Positions 49,256 to 58,304 of a DNA stretch of 64,000 nucleotides are shown here, one piece after another. The stretch comes from Rhodothermaceae bacterium (GTDB lineage Bacteria; Bacteroidota; Rhodothermia; Rhodothermales; Bin80). A program made the translations under genes and the position numbers. The first letter of the stretch is position 1. The number at the start of each line of letters is the position of its first letter. Where the stretch lies: positions 64,506 through 128,505 of the forward strand of contig VXSC01000027.1 of NCBI GenBank assembly GCA_009838195.1. Direction: 5' to 3'. Below the pieces are notes generated by a model. It was given only the letters and a program-made list of their open reading frames with translations, was not told the DNA's origin and ran no database searches.

Positions 49256-50363
49256 AGATCAGATGGGTTGCATGGTCAATTACTTTCTCTGCAATCAGCT
49301 CCTGCTGAGCAGGCGTGAGCTCTGTGTGCATTGGCAGGGCCAAGACCTCATCACAGGCTCGCTCCGTTTCGGGGAGCACCTTCTGATTTGATTCGGCCCC
49401 AAATACAGGTTGCCGATGCAATGGTACAGGATAGTAGATCCCATGGGGAATACCGGCCTGGGAGAGGGAGTTGACGAGTTCTTCTCTCTTCTTTACGCGA
49501 ATCACGTACTGGTGATAGACATGGCGCCCCCACGGAGCTTCATGAGGGCAAACAATCTCATCAATATCTTCAAAGAGTGAATGATAGTACGCGGCTGCCG
49601 TGCGTCGTCGCTCAGTAAAAGATTCGAGATGCCGGAGTTTTACTTCCAGGATTGCTGCCTGGAGCGCATCCAGTCGGCTGTTGAGTCCAATCACTTCATT
49701 ATAATATTTGTGTCGTCCACCATGATTCGTGATCATGCGGGACTGGGCCTCTAGTTCTGGATCGGAAGTGAGGATGGCTCCGCCATCACCATATGCGCCC
49801 AGGTTTTTTGAAGGAAAGAATGAACAGGTAGCCATGGTTCCCATACTTCCGGTGGGAATATCCCTATAGGTTGCTCCAATCGCCTGTGCATTGTCTTCGA
49901 TCACAGCAAGATTGTGTTGTGAGGCGAGAGCAGTAATCGGATCCATATCTGCCGACTGGCCGAAGAGGTGTACGGGGATAATGGCTCGCGTTCGAGGAGT
50001 GATGCATGCTTCAACACTGGCCGGATCAAGACAAAACGTATCGGGATCTATATCTGCAAAGACGGGCACGGCTCCCAAAAGGGCAGCAGCCTCCGCGGTG
50101 GCAATGAACGTGAATGAGGGGGTGATGATTTCATCACCGGGGCCAATCCCAAGAGCCATATAGGCAATTTGCAGGGCATCCGTCCCGTTCGCGACTCCGA
50201 TGGCATATTCAGCTTTTGTGTACTCAGCAAGTGCGGCCTCAAAGTGTGATACAACAGGACCGCGAATGAAATGCGCGGAATCCAAAACCTGAGCCACAGC
50301 TGCGTCGATCTCATCTTTGATTCTCAGGTACTGTCCCCTGAGATCAACCATCTGAATATTCAT
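49248..50363 (-). CDS. DegT/DnrJ/EryC1/StrS family aminotransferase (WbpE/GnnB-like)
   Basis: FIRGPVVSHFE, GVANGTDAL, and the PLP-lysine block SFFPSKNLGAYGDGGAI. Confidence 0.88.
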   Translation of the reverse strand: MNIQMVDLRGQYLRIKDEIDAAVAQVLDSAHFIRGPVVSHFEAALAEYTKAEYAIGVANGTDALQIAYMALGIGPGDEIITPSFTFIATAEAAALLGAVPVFADIDPDTFCLDPASVEACITPRTRAIIPVHLFGQSADMDPITALASQHNLAVIEDNAQAIGATYRDIPTGSMGTMATCSFFPSKNLGAYGDGGAILTSDPELEAQSRMITNHGGRHKYYNEVIGLNSRLDALQAAILEVKLRHLESFTERRRTAAAYYHSLFEDIDEIVCPHEAPWGRHVYHQYVIRVKKREELVNSLSQAGIPHGIYYPVPLHRQPVFGAESNQKVLPETERACDEVLALPMHTELTPAQQELIAEKVIDHATHLIYA

Positions 50364-50367
50364 TCGG

Positions 50368-51087
50368 CTACTGATTCTCTAACCACTGATCTTCTGGAAC
50401 CATGCGCAGGTATCGAGCGGGTACTCCTGCCCACAATTCACGTGCAGGAATATGATGTGTAAGGACACCACCTGCAGCCAGCATCGCATCAGGTCCAATC
50501 GTTTTACCAGGTAGGATGGTGGCTCCTGCACCGATCCGTCCACCGCGCAATACCGTAACCCCCTTGTAGTATTTATGGCGCTCTTTTGTTCGGCCTGCAA
50601 AATTGTCATTACTGGTCGTTACACCGGGTGCAATGAATACGTAATCTTCCAGTTTAGAGTAGGCGGTGATATATACGTTGGTCTCCAGCTTACAATGAGC
50701 TCCGACAGAACAGTCATTCTCGACAGCGACTCCTCGGCCAACAATGGTAGCTTCGCCAATGGAAACCCGTTCCCGCACAGAAGCCAGGTCCGCGACCATT
50801 ACATGTGAGCCGACAGCGCAGCCACAGTATAGGATTGCACCGCTTCCAATCAGGCAGTGGTCACCGACCGTGAGACCTTGCTGCTGATCCGAGGTACGCA
50901 GCGTACTTTGTTGAGCCCGCATTGGCCTAGCTCCAAGCACACTATGATCTCCAACCCGGACACCGGCACCCAAGCGCGTTCCTGCTCGAATAACCACATG
51001 GTGACCAATCACACAGTTCGGGCCCAATTCGACATCATCTTCAATGATGCAGCCCTTACCCAGAATGGGTTTTGATGCATTCATCAA
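50368..51087 (-). CDS. left-handed beta-helix (hexapeptide-repeat) acyl/acetyltransferase (WbpD-like)
   Basis: Consecutive hexapeptide repeats (IGHHVVIRAGTRLGAGVRVGDHSVLG...). Confidence 0.8.
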   Translation of the reverse strand: MMNASKPILGKGCIIEDDVELGPNCVIGHHVVIRAGTRLGAGVRVGDHSVLGARPMRAQQSTLRTSDQQQGLTVGDHCLIGSGAILYCGCAVGSHVMVADLASVRERVSIGEATIVGRGVAVENDCSVGAHCKLETNVYITAYSKLEDYVFIAPGVTTSNDNFAGRTKERHKYYKGVTVLRGGRIGAGATILPGKTIGPDAMLAAGGVLTHHIPARELWAGVPARYLRMVPEDQWLENQ

Positions 51088-51152
51088 TCACAAAAAAGCC
51101 CGTAATCCCAAACGGACCACGGGCTACAAATTTTCGAAATTTAAGCAGGAGT

Positions 51153-51974
51153 CTAAAGCGTTTCCAAGTAATGTTCGGCTGACTGCTTGTAGGCTCCGTA
51201 GACAGCATTCTGGAAGGCTTCTTTTGCTGCGTCCCGATCATTGACACTTACATAGGCTTCCCCCAGGACATAGTATATTTTTGCTTTATCCGAGCGACTT
51301 CCTGTATGGATGCCCAGTGCCTGTTGTGCTGCAGAGATCGCAGCATCCCCCTCTCCTTTGACATAATGTGCTTGAGCCGTATAAAAATACACATCTGCAT
51401 CTGCTTCCATAAGCTCAGACAGAGATGCCAGTGCAGCCAACGCTACATCTGCATCGGAACGTGTGGGATTCCGTTTTCCTAAGGCTGTTGAGGCTTGGCC
51501 GATAAAGTGATCGCGAATTGCTTTTTCAGCTGCAAGACTCGTTCTACGATCCCCCGGTGCAGCGGATACGGCCATCCAAGCATCAATCGCTTCATCTATT
51601 CGCCCCAAATTCTTCAGGGCTAAACCTTTTCCATAAAGATTTTTGATGTAAGCGGGGTAGATGCTTTCACCATTCGAATAATGTTGGAGGGCACCTTCGT
51701 AGTCTTCGGCTTTCAGTGCATCGGTTCCCAGTTTATAGTCAATCTGAGCGGCAACATAACGAGCACGCTGTGCCACCTCGGCATCGGATGCTTCATCTGC
51801 ACCAGAGGCCGCCTGCATAAACAGATCACGCGCCTCGCTAAATGAGCTTTCCTTGGCTAATTCCTGAGCTGCATTAAAATCCTCCTTGTATTGTTGAGCG
51901 GTTACCGGAATGGAAGTAACCAGTAATAGGAGTACCAAGAAAAATCCAGAGTGGATAAGACTAAGAGATTTCAT
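51153..51974 (-). CDS. secreted tetratricopeptide-repeat protein
   Basis: Signal peptide MKSLSLIHSGFFLVLLLLVTSIPVTAQ. TPR-like units (AEDYEGALQHYSNGESIYPAYIKNLYGKGLALKNLGRIDEAIDAW). Confidence 0.65.
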   Translation of the reverse strand: MKSLSLIHSGFFLVLLLLVTSIPVTAQQYKEDFNAAQELAKESSFSEARDLFMQAASGADEASDAEVAQRARYVAAQIDYKLGTDALKAEDYEGALQHYSNGESIYPAYIKNLYGKGLALKNLGRIDEAIDAWMAVSAAPGDRRTSLAAEKAIRDHFIGQASTALGKRNPTRSDADVALAALASLSELMEADADVYFYTAQAHYVKGEGDAAISAAQQALGIHTGSRSDKAKIYYVLGEAYVSVNDRDAAKEAFQNAVYGAYKQSAEHYLETL

Positions 51975-52511
51975 TCTGCAAAATATTAAGTCGGTTTACA
52001 GTTTTGGAATGGTTAACAGTTTAAGGGTGCAACCACGTGCACCCAACTTACCGTTTTACCTCAATCAGGTTCCACGGGAAGGAATTAACAAAAATTACGC
52101 AAAAATCTTGCCAGTTACGTATCTCGGGCGGCACGTCAGAAAAAATACGCCCTTTCTCCCTAAAATGACCACAATTATCCGACTTTTGAAGTCAGGACTA
52201 TTATTCTAGGCCCGAGGAATCCGGTGAATTGTCCTTCAAACCACACAGAACTCCGTCGAAGTGATCGGCCTCTATCGTGAATTCGCGAGTGTCCCCAGGC
52301 TCGGACTTGTTGCGATATCAGGCTTAAATACACAGCTGACTGTAGTAGGTGAGCCATTTATGATCCAGATCTCTGGTTGCCGTATATTGGCCGTACACCA
52401 TTCCGGGGCATTTAAAGGGGGCAAGTGAGGATTGGAGACATGTAGGAAACGTAGAGAGCTATTATCCCGCGGGTGTGTGCACTTAGAACAGGTTAATTAT
52501 AATTCAGACCG

Positions 52512-55331
52512 ATGTTGTGTAATAAATATATTTTCAGTTCGGCTTTGCTGATACTTTTTTTTGCATTGCCTAGTTGGGCATATGCTCAGTCAGCCTCGGT
52601 TACTGGCATAGTTACAGATTCAGAGAATAGTCTGCCGTTGTTCGGAGCAAACGTGGTTCATGTAGGCTCGGGGCAGGGAACTGCTACGGATGCGAATGGG
52701 CAGTACACCCTTAGCGAACTGCCTGCGGGCGTCAGTTTGATACGGGTGTCCTACATCGGCTACAGATCAACTGAAATAGAAGTTAATCTCGCCGAAGAAG
52801 AGAACTTCGTACTGAATATAGAACTGGTGGGTGGTATTGATCTGGATCAGGTCCAGGTCACTGCCAGCCGACGTCAAGAGAAAATATTGGATGCACCTGC
52901 ATCCATTGACGTCATTCTGGTGGAGGATCTAGCACGTGCAGTTGTGCCCTCAACGGTTATGTCCCTGCGGAACGTCACTGGACTTGATATCGCCCAAACT
53001 GGTGTAGACCGAAATGAAGTTGTTCTGCGTGGGTTCAACAATGTGTTTTCCGGCGCCACCCTGGTTTTGACCGATTACCGTGACGCCGGCTCGGCCTCAG
53101 TAAATGTAAATCTTCACAGCCTGATGCCGAATCTTTCGGTAGATCTTGACCGGGTGGAAATCGTGCGAGGCCCTGGATCCGCACTCTACGGCGCGGGTGT
53201 CGATGCAGGTGTTGTGCACTACATTACCAAAGACGCATTTTCGCATCCAGGGGCCACGGTTTCTGTCAGCGGCGGAGAGCGCTCGCATATGAATGTACAG
53301 GCACGTGTTGCGGGCGTGCTGGGTAAACGCGTTGGGGTGAAGGTCACCGGGTCTTACGCGACCGCGAATGATTTTCCTCTTCAATCCTGTGATCAGTCTC
53401 TCCTAGATGCCCGCGAATTCGATCGGTGTCCCGATCCAGAAGATGCAGTACAGATTCTCATAGATGGCGAGCGGGAAACAGATTTCAGCAAGTATACGGT
53501 CGCGGGGAATTTGGATTTTCGGCTTGGTTCCCAAACGACATTGTCTTTGAATGCTGGAACTGCTGCGCTCAATGGGACGGTTTTAAGCGGGATCGGCACG
53601 ATACAGGGGGACAATTATCGCTATTCGTTTGGACAGGCTCGGTTATCCAGGGGAGGATTTTTTGCACAATTTTTTGTGAATGCAAATAATACGGGTGACA
53701 CCTATGTCTATGGGGGCGATCCAGTTGTTGAATATTCTCGCCAGTATGTGACGCAGGCTCAGTATGACATGCAATTTGGTACTCGGCAGTCGCTGATTAT
53801 GGGGTTTGATCTGGAGCTGACTCGTCCAGACACAAGAGGGACGGTTCTGGGACGTAACGAAGACCATGACAATATTGATGAATATGGACTGTACGTGCAA
53901 TCAACAACAAACTTCACCAATCGCACCGAACTGATACTTGCACTGCGCGGAGACTATAACAATGTGGTTGATAAATTCCAGTTATCGCCACGTGTTGGCC
54001 TAGTGGTCAAGCCCACTCCGAATTCGAGTTTCCGTGCAACTTATAACCGCAGTTTCTCATCGCCTACGGCGAGCAGCAACTGGCTAGATTTGGTGGCTGC
54101 AACCATACCTGGAACTGACATTAAAGTACGTGGACGCGGGGCTGCCACCGGTTTCACCTATATGCGCAATCCAGAGTATCTGAATTTGGGTGCTTCAACG
54201 GACCTTGTTGCATCAAGTCTGTTGCCAGGGGCGGAGGGAGCTCCGACTCCGGTAGGGATCAGTACGGGGTTGGTTTATGGTCTCATGTATCAGTCTCTTG
54301 CAGCGACCCCTGATGAGGACATTGCCGCGCTGCTGGCAGCGAACGGTCTCAACGTGCCTGTACCGTTGATTGCGGCTCTCAAAGCGGCATTGAGTCCCGA
54401 GGCAACGGTCGTACAGGGGTTCAGTCCAGGAGTTTTGGGGGCGCTGAATCTGAGTACGGCGGAAATTAACCTAGGAGTGACGGATGTAGAAAATGTTGGT
54501 CCCCTCGAACAAACGATTTCCCAGGCCTTTGAGGTGGGGTACAAGGGGATTCTTGGTGACAATGTATTGTTCGCGGTGGATGCCTATTACGCGACAAAAA
54601 AGAATTTCGTAGGGGCTCTTCAAGTGCGAACGCCATTTGTCCTGGTTCCTACTTTGCCCCAGGATCTTGTTCGCGATATTTCCACAGGAATTTCGAACAA
54701 TACCACACTAGCCGCAACACTTGGACTTTTCGGTCTGAGTGCGGAGCAGGCGGCCCAACTGTTGGTCGATGTCGCAGGTGGTTCACTGCCTACTGCAGAG
54801 ACACCGATCGCAATCGTACAACCGAATGAGAATAATCCGGGGATCGGTCAGGTTCCCGAGATGATGCTGTCCTATCCAAATTTTGGAGATATCTCATATT
54901 ACGGGATGGACGTTTCACTTCAGGTCATTGTCTCACGTGCCCTTTCATTATTTGGCAATATGTCTTGGGTGAGCGATGATTTCTTTGATCATACTGAACT
55001 GAATGAAGAGCTTGAAGACAAAGTTCTGGCATTAAATGCACCGAGTTTCAAGTTCAAACTGGGAGGGCAGTACGAACACCGGAGTGGGTTTAGTGTGAAT
55101 GCATCTGGCCGTTATGTGAAGGGATTTCCCGTGGTTTCGGGACCCTACATAGGCGATGTTCCGTCCTATTTCGTCTTGGATATAGGTGCTGGCTATGAGA
55201 TTAATTCTGTGCTGCGGGCAGATATTGGCATTAACAACGCGACAAACAGCAACCACCGGGAGTTCGTCGGGTCTCCTAGATTGGGTCGTCTTGCGAGTGC
55301 ACGCCTAACGTATACCGCCGACTGGAGGTAG
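52512..55331 (+). CDS. TonB-dependent receptor with N-terminal CarboxypepD_reg domain
   Basis: Signal peptide. VTGIVTDSENSLPLFGANVV...YIGYRSTEIEV. Plug blocks ILDAPASIDVI and VEIVRGPGSALYGAG. Long beta-barrel region. Confidence 0.85.
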   Translation: MLCNKYIFSSALLILFFALPSWAYAQSASVTGIVTDSENSLPLFGANVVHVGSGQGTATDANGQYTLSELPAGVSLIRVSYIGYRSTEIEVNLAEEENFVLNIELVGGIDLDQVQVTASRRQEKILDAPASIDVILVEDLARAVVPSTVMSLRNVTGLDIAQTGVDRNEVVLRGFNNVFSGATLVLTDYRDAGSASVNVNLHSLMPNLSVDLDRVEIVRGPGSALYGAGVDAGVVHYITKDAFSHPGATVSVSGGERSHMNVQARVAGVLGKRVGVKVTGSYATANDFPLQSCDQSLLDAREFDRCPDPEDAVQILIDGERETDFSKYTVAGNLDFRLGSQTTLSLNAGTAALNGTVLSGIGTIQGDNYRYSFGQARLSRGGFFAQFFVNANNTGDTYVYGGDPVVEYSRQYVTQAQYDMQFGTRQSLIMGFDLELTRPDTRGTVLGRNEDHDNIDEYGLYVQSTTNFTNRTELILALRGDYNNVVDKFQLSPRVGLVVKPTPNSSFRATYNRSFSSPTASSNWLDLVAATIPGTDIKVRGRGAATGFTYMRNPEYLNLGASTDLVASSLLPGAEGAPTPVGISTGLVYGLMYQSLAATPDEDIAALLAANGLNVPVPLIAALKAALSPEATVVQGFSPGVLGALNLSTAEINLGVTDVENVGPLEQTISQAFEVGYKGILGDNVLFAVDAYYATKKNFVGALQVRTPFVLVPTLPQDLVRDISTGISNNTTLAATLGLFGLSAEQAAQLLVDVAGGSLPTAETPIAIVQPNENNPGIGQVPEMMLSYPNFGDISYYGMDVSLQVIVSRALSLFGNMSWVSDDFFDHTELNEELEDKVLALNAPSFKFKLGGQYEHRSGFSVNASGRYVKGFPVVSGPYIGDVPSYFVLDIGAGYEINSVLRADIGINNATNSNHREFVGSPRLGRLASARLTYTADWR

Positions 55332-55848
55332 AAGGCGTATTGTCAGGGTATAGCGTAGCGGAAGTAGCGGATCAGTACGTCTTGTTGCCGCTCGGAGTTC
55401 AGGACTCGGTAGACGATTGCTCTAGTACTCGCATCACTGTATCACTTCCATGCTTACAATGGCTACTACCGTAAGCGTCTTGGGTGTTCAATTCTGCCGC
55501 GCTGATGGATTAAGATTCAGGTTGCTTGGTGCATGACGGGCAAGTCCTAAACAGGATACGACCATACGTAATCTTGTCTGCTTTCTCTGTCTGCAGTGGA
55601 CATGGACTGGCTGTAGCAATCACGGAGGAAAATGTGAAAAATTCATGCATCCCAACTCTGCGGCGACGAAGTTCATTTTCGCAGTTCAAGATACCCTCAA
55701 TACAAGTGAGACAGGCTCATTAATGCGTATCTTCGGCGTAGTCGAAACTGCTGATATTTTAAGATTTCGGAATAATCAGCGAGAATGAAGCTGGCTAGGC
55801 TTGCTAGGGGCTCAATGCAATGGGATTACTGGGTTTGTTGCGGTGAAA

Positions 55849-57981
55849 ATGATCTCGGATAGAGTGGCAGAAAAATTGGGTTTCAACACCCTGGTTCGGT
55901 GGATGAAAGAGTCGCTGGTGAGCTCCATGGGGACGGAAGAGCTCAATGCAATACATCCAGTATCAGATTCAGGGGCGCGAAGGCTTTCTCTAACGCACAC
56001 GGATGCATTGCAAGGTCATCTCTTGAGCGGAGATACGCTTCTGTTACAGGATTTCATTGATGTACGTCCATATCTTGAGCAGGCACATCCAGATGGAGCC
56101 GTTCTCAATGCCGAATCCCTGGATGAGGTACGCAGAGTTTGTCGGGCAAGCCGGCGAATACGGACATTCTTCTCCAAGGAAGGCTATTCCATCCTGGCCA
56201 AGGTGGTTCGTCCGATTGGATTACTGCAAGAATTAGAGCAGCACATTGAGCGCACCGTTGACTCGAGTGGGAGAGTAAAGGACACTGCATCGACAGAATT
56301 ACGTCAAATTCGTAGGAGGCTGCTTCAGCGTCAGCAGGCGCTCAGGGAAAAATTGCGCGAATTACTGAGCCGGGCAATTCAGCAGGGTTATGCTGCGGAG
56401 AATCAATTGACGATGCGTGCTGGCCGGATGGTCATCCCACTACGCGCAGAAGCGAAACGGAAAATGCGTGGATTTGTGCACGATAGCTCCGCAACAGGGC
56501 AGACCGTGTACCTCGAACCTGCAGTCTGCCTGGACCTGGGCAACGAAGTCCGAATATTGGAAGCGCAGGAGCAGCGTGAAATTGAACGACTCTTGCGAGA
56601 ACTCACAAATCGCGTACGTGAGCACGCCAATACGATTGAACGAAATCTGGTCATCCTGGGGAAGATTGATCTCCTACATGCCAAGGCACAACTGAGCATT
56701 AGGCTTGGAGGCGTGGTCCCAAAATTATCGGAGGAATCGGTCCTGGAAATTCGCGAAGGGAAAAACCCGGCGCTACTGCTGACCGGCAAATCAAAAGAAA
56801 TTATTCCATTGACCCTGTCCCTCGGCGGAGAGACACGAACCCTAGTCATTACGGGCCCAAATGCAGGAGGCAAGACCGTAGCCATGAAAACGTGCGGTTT
56901 AATGCTTGTCATGCTGGGATGCGGTATTCCGATTCCTGCACACCCTGAGTCAATATTTGGGTCCTTCACTCAGATTCTCGTCGAAATTGGCGATGAACAA
57001 TCCATTGAACGGGATCTCTCTACCTTCAGTGCACGGATTGCTGGCTTGCAGCAAATGTGTGAGGTGGCGGCAGAGGGCATGCTCATGTTGATTGACGAGA
57101 TCGGAACAGGTACAGATCCAGCGGAGGGGAGTGCACTTGCACAAGCAGTATTGGAGCATTTTACCGCTTCAGGAGCACTGACGGTGGTAACCACGCACCA
57201 CGGCACGCTAAAGGCGTATGCGCATGAAACGGCGGGGGTCGCCAATGGGTCAATGGATTTTGATGAAGACACCTTGCGGCCGACATTTCTTTTTCGCCAG
57301 GGGCTTCCCGGCTCATCATACGCCTTTCGGATTGCCAGTCGAATGAAGTTCAGTCCGGCTGTCCTAGCACGGGCCCGTCAAATTCTGGGCAAGCCGGGCG
57401 TTACACTGGAGTCTCTTATTGCAAGTTATCGGGATCGTATCTCCAAACTGGAATCATCTTCGAGGATGCCCGAGCCCGAGCTAGTCCCCGAAAGTGGCCC
57501 TGCGCATCCTTCATCCAGACCTACGGTGCGCAGAGCACCGGGGAAAGCGGAGCCATTACCCGCAGTTCAGTTGAAAGTGGGGCAGCAGGCCGTCATCGAT
57601 GCTGGGAATTCTCCCTGTGAGATCCTGTCCATTCAGGGACGTAATGCACTGGTTTCTGCCGGGAATATGCGTATGAAGGTTGCGTTGAAACGGCTCACTC
57701 CCATCAAACAAACGAAGCTTCGGCGGAAGGGCAGGGTACGTGTATCTGTGCCCCGGACCCGCGTTGATCTTCGGGGTTTTCGTGTAAGTGAGGCGCTTGC
57801 GGAGGTAGAAAAGCTACTGGATCAGGGTACCGGTGCGAATTTGTCCACGGTTGAGATCATTCATGGTACTGGCACGGGCGCGCTGCGCAGTGCGATTCAC
57901 AGTTACTTAGAAACTGCCGAGGTGAACAAGGAATTTGAATGCTTGGATGCGAACCCGGGAGTCACGATTGTGAAGATATAA
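55849..57981 (+). CDS. mutS2: endonuclease MutS2 (MutS domain V ATPase plus C-terminal Smr)
   Basis: ATG at 55849. Walker A ITGPNAGGKT, LIDEIGTGTDP, TTHHGTLK. Smr domain VDLRGFRVSEALAEVEKLLD...IIHGTGTGALR. Confidence 0.88.
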   Translation: MISDRVAEKLGFNTLVRWMKESLVSSMGTEELNAIHPVSDSGARRLSLTHTDALQGHLLSGDTLLLQDFIDVRPYLEQAHPDGAVLNAESLDEVRRVCRASRRIRTFFSKEGYSILAKVVRPIGLLQELEQHIERTVDSSGRVKDTASTELRQIRRRLLQRQQALREKLRELLSRAIQQGYAAENQLTMRAGRMVIPLRAEAKRKMRGFVHDSSATGQTVYLEPAVCLDLGNEVRILEAQEQREIERLLRELTNRVREHANTIERNLVILGKIDLLHAKAQLSIRLGGVVPKLSEESVLEIREGKNPALLLTGKSKEIIPLTLSLGGETRTLVITGPNAGGKTVAMKTCGLMLVMLGCGIPIPAHPESIFGSFTQILVEIGDEQSIERDLSTFSARIAGLQQMCEVAAEGMLMLIDEIGTGTDPAEGSALAQAVLEHFTASGALTVVTTHHGTLKAYAHETAGVANGSMDFDEDTLRPTFLFRQGLPGSSYAFRIASRMKFSPAVLARARQILGKPGVTLESLIASYRDRISKLESSSRMPEPELVPESGPAHPSSRPTVRRAPGKAEPLPAVQLKVGQQAVIDAGNSPCEILSIQGRNALVSAGNMRMKVALKRLTPIKQTKLRRKGRVRVSVPRTRVDLRGFRVSEALAEVEKLLDQGTGANLSTVEIIHGTGTGALRSAIHSYLETAEVNKEFECLDANPGVTIVKI

Positions 57982-58304
57982 GGCATGCCACCGAATTCGG
58001 TTATCCAAGTGTCATCTGCGTCTACAGATCCGCTTCTTTAGATTGGTTCTGTTGCTTTTTTTACAGAGATGAGATCTTGTTCTGCCCCAAACTCTGGAAC
58101 GAGGGACATGTATGTATCAGGCCCATTTGATAATTCCGAACCATCTACATTATTTCCGAAAAAGCTTACAAATTTGTCCCCAAACAGACAGCAGTAAATC
58201 CTATATTTAGGTTTAACCTTGTGTTGACACGGGGGAAACATTAATCCGGGGATTTTTGCTCCCATTGGGGTAAAACGTAGCTCACAACCATTTCGATTTT
58301 TACC

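Noticed and set aside
52205-52400. Cobalamin- or TPP-riboswitch-like strings upstream of the first TonB-dependent receptor: GAGGAATCCGGTGAATTGTCC, and GATCCAGATCTCTGGTTGCC (on the reverse strand GATCTGGATCATAAATGGC).
   Set aside because: - The B12 core element GCCACTG and the pairing partner for the GGTGAA loop are absent, and the pieces are in the wrong order and spacing.
- For TPP, the CTGAGA element and the P1-P3 context are missing.
- Only a covariance-model scan could revive this.
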